A stretch of 64,000 bases of DNA, taken from assembly GCA_963750165.1 (NCBI GenBank), contig CAVVPN010000011.1:1504001-1568000 (forward strand). Direction: 5' to 3'. Each line of letters begins with the position of its first letter. Position 1 is the first letter of the stretch. Positions 12,001-22,089 of the stretch are shown here, piece after piece. The stretch comes from an uncultured Gemmataceae bacterium. Lineage in GTDB: Bacteria; Planctomycetota; Planctomycetia; Gemmatales; Gemmataceae. The notes beneath the pieces were generated by a model, which saw nothing but the letters and a program-made list of their open reading frames with translations, was not told the DNA's origin and searched no databases. Position numbers and translations under genes: made by a program.

Positions 12001-15000
12001 CCTGGCCGGCCATGTTGATCAGGTTGTCGGCGATCAGCTGCGCCTGCGTCACCAGCCCCGACGCCGTCAGGTCGCTGGCGTTGAGCGGCGTGTTACTGAA
12101 ATCCTGGAGCTTGAGCAGCCCGACGCGGATCAGGTCCTGGAACGGCGCGATGCCCTTGTCCACCAAATCCTGGACCGTCAGCGGCGCCAGCGGGTCGAAG
12201 CCGAACGCATTGGTCAGCCCCTTCTCGACCAGGTCGGTCAGGGAAACCAGTCCGCTCTTGGCGAGATCGACCAGGTTGATGATGGTGTTGTCCAGGAAAT
12301 CGGTCACGCGCACCAGCCCCTGCTGGACCAGCGCGCCCAGGTCGAAGCCGATGTTGGCGACCACCAGGTCGAGGTTGCCGTCGCCGTTGAGGTCGGCCAG
12401 GGCCACCGCGGTGGTGTAGCCCACGTCGGGCGAGACGTCGCGGGCCACGCCGAAACGCTGGACGCCGGGGGCGAGGACATTCGTGCCGGCGTTCAGGTAG
12501 ACGCGGGCGTGCTGGCTCAGGTTGCCCACCACCAGGTCCGGGAAGCCGTCGCCGTTCAGGTCGCCGACGGCGACCGACGTGGTCAGGTCCGCGTCCGAGA
12601 AGTTGAGTTGCAGCACCAGCGGCATGCCGCCGTCGGTCACCAGGCGGCCGGCCCGGCGCGCGGCGGCGAGCTGCGTCTCCACGGCGCTGGGGTCGCCCAG
12701 CTGGTGCAGCGTGAAACTGATGGCCCGGGTCGTGGGATCGACGTGGGCCTGGATCGCCCCGGCCGCGCCGCCACCGAGCGCCGCGATCAGCCCGGCGTTG
12801 ACGGCGGCCTGCACCGTATTCTGGAGGCCGGGCACGTCGGGACTGGTCCCCGCCGCCAGCATGACGTGGACCGCCGTGCCGTCGTAGGTGAGCGTCACCG
12901 TGACCGGGGCGGTAATGGTCAACCCGTTCTGGACCCCGGCAATGGCGCTCTCGGCCTGGGCCGCCCCGTCCAGGGTGTGGGCCGGGAGTTGGAACACGAT
13001 CCGGCCGCTGCCGTCCAGCACCACCTGAATGTCCCCGGCGTTGCCGGCGTGCGCGGCGACGAGCGTGTCATCGACGCGCTTTTGCAGGTTGGCGACCAGC
13101 CCCTGGGCGGTCGCGTTGACGAGCAGGGCGGCGTCGTCGGGGTTGCCGCCGTCGAAGGTGACCGTGATCGTGGTGCCGTCGTAGGTGAGCGGGAACGACA
13201 GCATGTTGGTCATCGGGTCGGTCAGCAGCACGCCGTCGCGCCGGGCGGCGGCGAGCGCGTCCTCCGCCGCCGCGGCGTCGAGGATGCGGCCGGTGGCGGT
13301 GAGCTGGATGCGGCCGTTGACGTCCGTGGCCGTGACGGTCCCCGGCAGGATGCCCTGCGCCTGCAACTGGGTATCAACCGCCTGCTGGACCTCGGTGACG
13401 AGGTCGGCGGCGGTGACGTTGTTGGCGGCGTCGCCCGGCTGGATCGTCACGGGCAGGGTGCCGACGCCGATGTCCTCCCCGGCGGTGGGGAAGTTGCCCG
13501 TGCCGTCGTTGAGGTACAGCCGGTTGGCCTGGCCGAGGTTGCCGGCGATCACGTCCTGGTAGCCGTCGCCGTTGACGTCGGCCAGCGCGATCGCCAGCGT
13601 CAGGTCGGGCACCAGGGCGTTGGCGGTGAACGACGGGACGGACAGGTCGCCCAGGGCGCCGAAGAAACTGCCGATCTCCTTGCCCGGGCCGAACGCGCCG
13701 GTGCCGTCGTTGAGGTAGCTGCGGTTGAACTGCGCGAAGTTGCCGGTGACGAGGTCGAGGTGGCCGTCGTTGTTGAGGTCGCCCAGCGCCACCGCGGTGG
13801 TGAGCGTGTCGCGGCCGCCGGCGTCCTCGCCGGCGACGCCGGCGAACGGGTCCGGTTGGCCGCTGTTGCGGTACAGCCGGTTCTGCGGCCCCGCGCCGCC
13901 GTCCGCCGTGGCCGCGGACACCGACAGCACGTTCTCGACCGTGGCGGCGTTGGGGTGCAGGTCGTTCGGGGTGGTCACGTCGGCCGCGGAGCCGACGAAG
14001 GCGTTGGCCCCGTTCTGGATGGTGCCCAGGTCGAGTGCGGCGCCGACGGCGAGGAAGCCGACGTTACTGGCCGACGAGGCCCCGGCGCTCGAAACCGATT
14101 GCAGGTTGCCTTCCGCGTCGATGACGATGTTGTTGCCGGCGACCGCCACGGTGCCCGCGCCGAGGGCGGCCTCGGTCAGGGTGTTGGCCGTGGTGTCGTT
14201 CACCGACCCGGCCACGGCGATGCTCGCCTTGGTCCCGGCGCCGCCGTCGGAGAAGGTCAGCAGCGTGTCGTTGGCGGTCGCCTGGGTGGTGATGTCGTCG
14301 GCGTTGAGCCGGGTGTATTCGGTGTAGGCCCGCGTCAGCGCGTCGATCCCGTTGTTCGCGAAGGCGCCGCCGATGCCGAAGTGGTTGCCGAACGCCACGG
14401 CGCCGGCCGACGCCGATGTCACCGGCGTGTCGGTCGCCTGGACGTTGATCGCGTCGCCGGCGCTGACGAGCGCCGGGTCGCGGATGAACGCCTGCACGCC
14501 GTACGTCAGCGAGTTGTAGGCGACGTCCCCGGAAACGCCGACGCCGAACTCCAGGCCGTTGTACTGCTCGGCCGCCCCGCCCAGGTCCTGCAGCGCCCCG
14601 GCCGACGAGGCGCCGGAGGCCGACACGGTAAACGTCTGCTGCGTCGAGTGCGCGTCCAGCGCCACGTCGTGGGTCGCGGTGACCTGGCCGGTGACTCCGC
14701 CGGTGCCGCCCGGCCCGACGGCCCCGGCGGGGTCGCCGATGAACGCATTCGTCTTGCTGCGGCCGTCGGACGCGGGGTCGTCGAGGGTGCCGGGTTGGCG
14801 GTCCACGGTGACCGCCGCGGACCCCCCGACGCCGACATCGTGCCCGACCACCACGCCGCCGACCGCGTTGACGACCGCCCCGGCGTTCTCGGCGGTCAGG
14901 CGCACGTCGCGGCCGGCGTTGACCCGGGCGCGGTCGTCGATGTAGGCCAGGGACTCGTGCCCCAGCACCACCAGGCCGAAGCCGCCGGCGACGGCAGCGG

Positions 15001-18000
15001 TCGAGCCGACGGTGCCGCCCTGGACGACGCTGAGCACGTCGTTGGTGGTCAGCGAGTGGACCGTCACGTCGCGCGCCGCCTGCACCGCGGCGCGGTCGCC
15101 GACGGAAGCGTCGGCGTAGTTGTCCAGGAACAGCCCGTTGAAGAAGGCGCCGACGGCCGCGGTGGGGCCACCCAGCGTCCCCGGATCGACCCCCCCGAGG
15201 CTGGTGGTCTGCACCGTCCCGGTGGCGTCCAAAGTGACGTCCTGGTCCGCGGCCGCTGCCAGGCCGCGCTGGTTCACACGCGCCCCGGGGGCGATGCCGG
15301 AGGCGCCGTGGTTGTAAATGTCGAGGTAGCCGACGCCGCCGGCGACCGTCGCCGCGCCGTCGGGGGCATCCCCCCCGGCATCGACAAAACTGGTGCCGTA
15401 GGGCGTGCCGGCCGCCGCGAACGGGGCCAGGTGCGCGTTGACCGGCTGCAGGGCGGCGGCCACCGAGGCGGCCACCGCGTTGGCGTCGCTGTACTGCTGC
15501 GTGATCTGGTTGGTGCTCGCCCCCTGGCCGATGGCCGGGAGCGTCACCGCCGGCACGAACGGCGTGACCGGGTTGGTGACGGTGGCGTTGGCGGTGACAT
15601 GAATGGCGTGCGTCACGTCCACGTTGGCGTTGTTGCCGATGAACGCCGTCGCCTGGTTGCTGACGCGCGACCACGACACGGCCCCGCCAATGCCGACGAC
15701 GTCGGCGCCCGACGCCTGGCCCACGGCACTGGTCTGGAAGTGCTCTTCCGCCGTCGAGTCCACCGTCAGCGTCCCGCCCACCACCACGAACGCGCCGTCG
15801 TCGATCAGCGCCGCCGCCGTGTTCTCGCTCTCGACCAGTACGACGGCCGCCGCCACCGCCGCGTCGGGCCGGCCGCTGTTGGGGTCGATCGTCTTGCCGT
15901 CCACCAGCACTGACAGGTCGATGCCGGCGAGGAAGCCCTTCAATGCGTCGAGGATGGCCCCCGGCAGGATCGGCTCCTGCACCTTGGCGGACGCCCCCGA
16001 CTCGTTGTCGAGGTTGAGCGACTGCGCTCGCACGGTCAGGTCGCCGCTGACGTTCACGTTCCCGGCCACGGTCGCGTTCGCGGACGACTGGTAGCTGCCG
16101 AGCACCAGCGCCGAGCCGACCCCGACGCTCTGGCTGCCCGGGAAGCCCGCGGACATGGCGACGTTGAGGATGTGGTTGGTGTTCACCGCCAGGATGGTGG
16201 CGTTCTGGGCCTGGAGGTTGGCCCCGGCCTGGATGTCCGCGTTCGACCGGGCCTGGCCCTTGCCGAACGAGACCGAGACGTTCGCCACGTCGCCCAGGTC
16301 GGGCACGAGGGTCATCACCGTCAGGTTATTCTCCGCGGTCGATTGCACGGTGAGGGTGCGGCCCGCGTTGACCGTGGCGCCGTTCGCCACCGTGACCTGC
16401 GACTGCGGCGACGAACTGGCGTAGGTGATCCCGAAATACTTGCTGCGCGTGGTGATGTCCGCCTCGGCGAGGGCGTCGGCGCTGAGGGTCACGTCCTCGT
16501 CGGCCAGCAGCTGCGCCCGGCGCGCACGGCGATGTTCGCGTTCGCGGAGGCGAAGACGGCCGCGGCGAAGCTGTTGACCGTGATCGGGTCCGCCTCGGTG
16601 ATCTGCTGGCCGAGGCCCGACGGCATCATCGGGTCGAGGTCGCCGGCGACGACGGCCGACTTGTGGGTGGTCGCCTGGCCCGTCAGGGTCACGTCGTGCC
16701 CGGTGATCAGGGCACCAGCGCCCACGTCAATCGAGGTGTTTGCGGCCGCGCCGCGGAACGTGGCGCCGTCGATGCCGTAGGACCAGCTGAGGTCCGTCGC
16801 TTGCGTGGCGGTGAAGGTCACGTTCCCCGCCGCGAACCCGCCGGTGGCGCCGGCCAGGATGGCGGCGCCGGCGCCGACCAGGATTTCCGGGGCGGTGAAG
16901 CTGACGGACCCGGAGGCCGCGACCGACGGGGCCGTGCGCGGGTCGGCCCCGCCGGCGACCTGGCGCGTGGAGATCACCACGTTGGGGTCCACCGTGATGT
17001 TGCCGGCCGTGACGGTGAGGTTCAGCAAGCCGAGCCCGCCGACGGGGCCGACGAAGCGGACCTGGTGCCCGGGGTCGTTCAGGATGAGCGATTCGGGGCC
17101 GGCACCGTCACCGGTGATGCTGGTGATGACCACGTCGGTGGTGAAGTCCAGTTCCAGGTCGCCGCTGACGATGATCGACATGCCCGCCGGCGGGGCTACT
17201 ATCGGGGGCGGGACAAACGGCGTGACCAGGGGCGGAATCGTCGAGGTTGGCGTGATGCCGCCCGGCACGCTGTTCGGGTCCGTCGCGGGGGCGTCCCCCA
17301 GGTCCGGGAAATTCACCGCACCGTCCTGCCAGTCCAGGAACAGGGTCCGGAACACGGGCCGCAGCGTGGCGCTCTGCCAGAGCGGGAAGTTGCCGCCGCC
17401 GGTCTGACCGTTGAGGTCCTGCCAGTTGTGGTCGCCTTCGCTGGAGACCAGCCACGGCCCGACGACCCCCGGGACCTGCAGAGTGGTGGTGAGGACGTTG
17501 CCGCCGTTGTCGCCGTTGACGTTCAGCAGGGACCAGTCATATGGGGCGGCCGGCGGGGTCCCGAGGTCGGTCAGCGTGTTGTTCACCAGCAGACTGAGCT
17601 GGTGGTCGCCGGTCGCCGCCCCGCCGACCGGGGTTTCGGAGAGCAGGGCGATCTTCGACAGTTGCACGGCGTCGGCGTACGCGGCGAATTTGGTCGGGTC
17701 GAACTCGACGTCCGGGCCGAGGTCCACCGAAGCGGTGCCGAAGTAGGTGACCCCGGGAATGTTCTGCAGCGCGGCCTTGGCCGAGTCGCTCAGCGCGACG
17801 CCGTGGACGCCCAGGTAAGCGTCCAGCTTGGCGTGGTCGCCCGGCTGGAAGACGGAAATGGTTTGCGAGCCGATGGTGACGGACTGGACGTCCATCTTGT
17901 CCGGCAGGCTGGAGAGCATGGTGAGCTGATCGGCGCTGAGGCCGTAGCGGTCCTGGATGATGTCCTGGGCGAACTGCCGGGGGACCACGTTGAGCTGGCC

Positions 18001-19600
18001 GAGGGCCTGGCTGATCGGGTTCAGCGCCAGCCCGAGGGGGCCGATGATGTTGTCGTCGATCGTCTGGGCGTACCCCTGCAACAGGGGTGCGAGCTGGGTG
18101 ATCTGGCTGGGGATGCCGAGCATCGGTTCCAGGTGTTGCGTGGTGAACGAGTCGCTGTTGTCGCCGTCGCCGTTGGGGTCGTCCAGGTCGCTCACCAGCG
18201 CGTCGAGGACGCCCACCCCGTCCTCCACGTTGCCGCGCGCGGAATCCACGTCGTTGCCGGTGGCCTGCGCGGTCTGGTTCTGCAGGTCGCGGAGCGACTG
18301 CGCGTCGAAGAGCGCGCGGCGCTGGCCAGGCCGACGTCGGCCCAGTCCTGGAGGCCGGCGTCGATCTGGCTGCTCCAGTTGCGGAGGTAGGCGATGTAGA
18401 GTTCGGCGCTTTGCTGCGGCGACGGCGGCGTCGGCAACTGGGCGGTGAGGTTGGCGAGCACCGCGTTGAAGTTGGTGCTCGGGGCGACGCCGTACAGGGC
18501 CTGGTACGCGGTGGTCGCGAGGTCCGCCTGGGTGTCGAGGGTTCGCTGCAGGCTGAGGAACTGATCGAGCAGGGCGCCGCGGCTGCCCTGGGTGACCAGG
18601 GCCTCATCGCCGGTGCCCGTCGCGTCCCCCGCCGTGAGCGTTTCCTGGACGGTGAGCGTGAGCGCGGTCACGGCGGTGACGGTGTACTTACCGTTGTTGT
18701 TGTTGAACCCGAAGCCGTAGATTTGCTGACCGACCGCGAAGTGATCGTCCAGGAAGCTCCCGGAGGTGCGCTCGAAGGAGTTCGTCGCCAGGTTGACGGA
18801 GAGGGTCGTGCGCCCGGTGTCGGCGGCCGCGGTCGGGTCCCCCGGGAAGGGCGTGATTAGCGTCTCGTAGACGAACCGCGTCGGCACGTCGAGGGTGATG
18901 CCCGGCGTCGCGGTGTCGCTGACGTCGCCGTCGGGCAGCACGGTGCGGCTGGCGTCCGCATCGAACCCCGGCGTGGCGTCGGCGACGTACCCCTCCACCA
19001 GGATCTGACGGACGGTGCTGGCCAGGTCGGTGTTGTTTCCGGCGCCACCGGAGAACTCGTTGACCAGCGTCTGGTAGAAGGTGTTGGACGCGGCGTTCGT
19101 CGCGTAGCCGTAGGCGAAGGCGAGGATCTGCAGTTGCTCCTGGGGGGTGTACGAGGGGTCCTTCTGGGCCGCCCAGGCCATGTCGAGCATCCGCTGCACC
19201 CAGACGCCGGTGTCGGTGGCGCCGATGACGCCTTGCCCGTAGGTGGGGTCGGGGAAGCCGTCCGTCCCGACGGCACCGGCGTAGTAGTACGACGGATAAT
19301 TCGTGAGCGCGGCGAGCACCCTGGGGTCAACGGTGTACGGGTGCCCGGCGATGTCCAGGTGGCCATTCTGGAGCAGGTCGGTGCGGACGTCCTTGGCGAT
19401 TTCGACGAGGGTGTAGGACTGGCTGGCCAGTATCCCCAGGGCGCGCCCGGGTCGGCGTTGAGCAGGATGCGGTCTTCCAGGCGCTCGACCAGGAGCAACG
19501 CTCCTGGGCGGAACGCCTGCAGGCGCGGGCGGCCTTGCTCCCGGGTCTTCGTCCTCTGGGTACGGATTTTCGACGACCGGCGCCACCAGTTGTGCAACAT
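1..19600 (-). CDS. Giant secreted/surface protein (LEPR-XLL N-terminus, Zn-PLC-like domain, FG-GAP repeats, filamentous adhesin-like beta-repeats); 3' end lies beyond the window; about 9 apparent frameshifts
   Basis: ATG at 19600 after GGAAAGGA RBS; N-terminus contains LLVERLEDRILLNAD (planctomycete LEPRxLL-type motif). Minus-strand ORF pieces 18192-19586, 16489-18249, 10343-16492, 8701-11058, 4445-8677 and 4116-4712 join into one continuous G/A/V/T/N/S/D-rich protein. The frame is still open at base 1 (...DIGGANVNVSGAVNVNANATGK). Confidence 0.85.
3950..6560 (-). repeat. Tandem ~325-330 bp (~109 aa) coding repeats within the giant protein
   Basis: Recurring peptide ITAVAGQAAITTGSGAAVGAALSTNTITR...VEVLA...LGGSISLNxIGGT. 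DNA ggtgatggtgttggtggacagcgc recurs near 4270, 4600, 5250 and 5575. Confidence 0.85.
11240..13885 (-). repeat. FG-GAP/VCBS-type repeats (Ca-binding beta-propeller) inside the giant protein, interrupted by two inserts
   Basis: Seven copies of xDxNxDGxxD(L/I/V)VxGN-like motifs, e.g. GDLNNDGHLDLVTGN, ADVNGDGYQDVIAGN, GDLNGDGFPDLVVGN, GDVNHDGHLDIVTGN, EDMNGDGNLDLVTGN; most are followed by LYLNxGxGxF. Confidence 0.9.
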
Positions 19601-19815
19601 GGGGATTGTCCTTTCCGACGATCAGTGGAAGGAGTTTACACAGTGAGGGGGAGTATCTCCGTTGCTTGTTTGCATCGGCGAGAGGGAACGGAGCACCCTC
19701 CCCTGGCGTTCACGAGTTGAAGTTTCAGGAGCAAGGAATCGGCGCAGGGGGGAACTCTGGGCGTGGCATCCCCCGTGCGGGCTGACGGCGCGACCGGCGA
19801 CGACTGCCGCTCCCG

Positions 19816-20544
19816 TCAGGTTTTTCGTGGTTTGCGGCGTGCCAGGCGGTAGGCCTGGAGGCCCGCACAGGCCACGGCACCCAGGATGAGGGAGGACGGC
19901 TCCGGGGCGGCCGGGGAGCTGCCCCCGAGCCGGGTGTAGGTCAAATTGTCCAGCCCGACAAAAGAGTTGCTCAGCTGGAAGGCGACGATGTCGTTCGTGT
20001 TGTCGCTGATGCCACGGAACGCACCGGCGTTGGTCGAAGTAGGGCCAGTGCTGATCGGCGCCAGCGTCGTGATGTCGTAGGTTTCCGTGCCGCCGCCGAC
20101 GAGGAGGGCGGTAATGTACACGTCATTAGCCAGCCCAGGTTCGTAATTGATGAAGCCGCCGACCTGGGCAACCGGACCGTTGTTGAACGTGAAGGTGATG
20201 GTCCCGGTCGTTGTGTTCAGGCCGGTAATTCCAAACATGTTCGTGCCGGATTTTGAACCGTTCCAAACTCCGTTTCCGCTTCCGCTCGTCCCGAAGGAGT
20301 AATGCCCATTGGGCCCGACAAACGCGCCCCCGCCCGAGGGGTCGTTGGAACTGGTGAAGGAGATGCTGTCGCCGGCCGGGCCGACCTCTACTACCGGCAC
20401 CGTCGTTTTCAAGAATTGGGTCGTGCTGAACTGGCTGAAATCGACCACCGTCGGCGAGGTGAAGCCGCTTGACGAGGTGATGAGCCCCGCCTGGGCAGGG
20501 CCGGCGCACAGCACGAACAGGACTGGGACAATCGCGAAGCGCAT
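19816..20544 (-). CDS. PEP-CTERM sorting-domain exported protein
   Basis: GAGGAG RBS, signal peptide MRFAIVPVLFVLCAGPAQA, and C-terminal APEPSSLILGAVACAGL + basic tail RLARRKPRKT. Confidence 0.92.
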   Translation of the reverse strand: MRFAIVPVLFVLCAGPAQAGLITSSSGFTSPTVVDFSQFSTTQFLKTTVPVVEVGPAGDSISFTSSNDPSGGGAFVGPNGHYSFGTSGSGNGVWNGSKSGTNMFGITGLNTTTGTITFTFNNGPVAQVGGFINYEPGLANDVYITALLVGGGTETYDITTLAPISTGPTSTNAGAFRGISDNTNDIVAFQLSNSFVGLDNLTYTRLGGSSPAAPEPSSLILGAVACAGLQAYRLARRKPRKT

Positions 20545-20703
20545 GGGTGCTCCTCTTGGCAAGTCATGAGAAATTAACGTGCGCCGCAGCGCCAACTTGC
20601 GATCTATCGCATCATTCACAAGAGCCGCAAGGGAAACCGTGACACCTCACGTCCTTCCCCACCGCTGTACAGGGTGGTGAACACGCCTCGGTAGCGGGAC
20701 CAG

Positions 20704-20986
20704 TTGTCCATCAGTTCCTGCCCCAGTGTCCTGGCCACGCCGAAGTCGATCACCTTGACGACCGGCGCGGTGTCGCGTCGGGAAACGATCACGTTGCTCT
20801 TCTTCGGTAATAACTCACCCGGGAAGCGGACGTGTTCGCTTCCCTTCTCCAATGCGAGAAAAGGGCGCGGGCAGCACCAGGATTTTGCCAAACGGTTGGG
20901 AAGGAGGCTCAGGATTCGGCGCCGAAGCCGAGTTCGCGGCGGAGCCAGGCCCGGGTGTAAACCCACAGCCGGTCCGCGCTGCTGGC
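20704..20986 (-). pseudogene. Inverted, internally deleted duplicate of the ECF 3' end / intergenic / kinase fragment
   Basis: The reverse complement matches 21916-22103 and then jumps to 22698-22793 ([10 protein letters not shown]). The kinase start ATG is ATT in the copy. Confidence 0.9.
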
Positions 20987-21426
20987 CATGTCCGCTCCGC
21001 CAAGGAGGTCGCGCGCCGTCCCTGAGAGAGCGGATGCGGAATGCGCACCTCGCTGCGCATTTTCCTTATCATCAGATCACCTCACTGATCAACACCGGTA
21101 TCCATGTACTGCGCGTCATCGTGCGGTAATAGTGCATCACCGGCTCCAGTAGCACATGGACGTGCAGCCGATCACCGTCGTGCACCGGCACGCCGCGGAC
21201 GCCTTCCCGCACCTGCAGCCAACGGCCCGATTGCGAACGGCGTACCGGAGAAGTCGAAGACATGAGGCTACGCACATGGTAAACTCAGGGGCGGTCTCGG
21301 GGGCTACCAGACCGACTTCGCAGTTCAACAGGCTCGACGCCCACGAACGTTCCCGATGCCGCGGGCCACCCGGGACTGCCTGGAGCAGGGCTGGCCGCCG
21401 GGGCCGCGCATTGCGCGGAGGTGTCG

Positions 21427-21993
21427 ATGAGTGACGTGACCCGCATCCTGTCCGCCATCGAGCACGGCGACCCGCACGCCGCCGCGCAACTGTTGCCGCT
21501 GGTCTACGACGAGCTGCGCACGCTGGCGGTCCAGAAGTTGGCTCAAGAAAAGCCGGGGCAAACCCTGCAAGCGACGGCCCTGGTTCACGAAGCCTACCTG
21601 CGCCTGGTCGGGGACGGGGAGGAACCGCGTTGGGATAATCGCCGCCATTTCTTCGCAGCCGCGGCTGAGGCGATGCGGCGCATCCTCGTCGAGAACGCCC
21701 GCCGCAAAAAGACGCACAAGCATGGTGGCGATCGGCAACGCCAGGACCTGGAGGCCGAAGCCCTTGTTGCACCGGAACCGGAGGTGGACCTGCTCGCCCT
21801 CGACGCAGCGCTGCACCGTTTGGCGGAACAGGACCCGCTCAAGGCCAGGTTCGTCGAGTTGCGCTACTTCGCCGGGCTGACGGGCGACCAGGCGGCCGCG
21901 GACCTGGGGATGAGTGCCAGCAGCGCGGACCGGCTGTGGGTTTACACCCGGGCCTGGCTCCGCCGCGAACTCGGCTTCGGCGCCGAACCCTGA
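21427..21993 (+). CDS. ECF sigma-70 factor, kinase-associated planctomycete type (TIGR02999-like)
   Basis: MSDVTRILSAIEHGD...LLPLVYDELR...QTLQATALVHEAYLRL...HFFAAAAEAMRRILVE...VELRYFAGLT; GGAGG RBS; directly upstream of a Ser/Thr kinase. Confidence 0.93.
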   Translation: MSDVTRILSAIEHGDPHAAAQLLPLVYDELRTLAVQKLAQEKPGQTLQATALVHEAYLRLVGDGEEPRWDNRRHFFAAAAEAMRRILVENARRKKTHKHGGDRQRQDLEAEALVAPEPEVDLLALDAALHRLAEQDPLKARFVELRYFAGLTGDQAAADLGMSASSADRLWVYTRAWLRRELGFGAEP

Positions 21994-22089
21994 GCCCCCT
22001 TTCCAACCGTTTGGCAAAATCCTGGTGCTGCCCGCGCCTTTTCTCGCATTGGAGAAGGGAAGCGAACACGTCCGCTTCCGGGGTGAGTT

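Noticed and set aside
20..18860. Very long plus-strand ORFs (e.g. 1510-4755, 10736-15913) opposite the giant gene
   Set aside because: Antisense shadow ORFs typical of high-GC codon bias; no motifs, and the minus strand carries the coherent protein.
4116..19600. Treating the minus-strand ORF pieces as separate genes or a true pseudogene
   Set aside because: The sequence continues seamlessly across single-base shifts in G/C runs, with no internal RBS or in-frame stops noticed.
20990..21420. Small ORFs or hairpin (aatgcgca..tgcgcatt) upstream of the ECF gene
   Set aside because: No recognisable product or RNA family; insufficient support.
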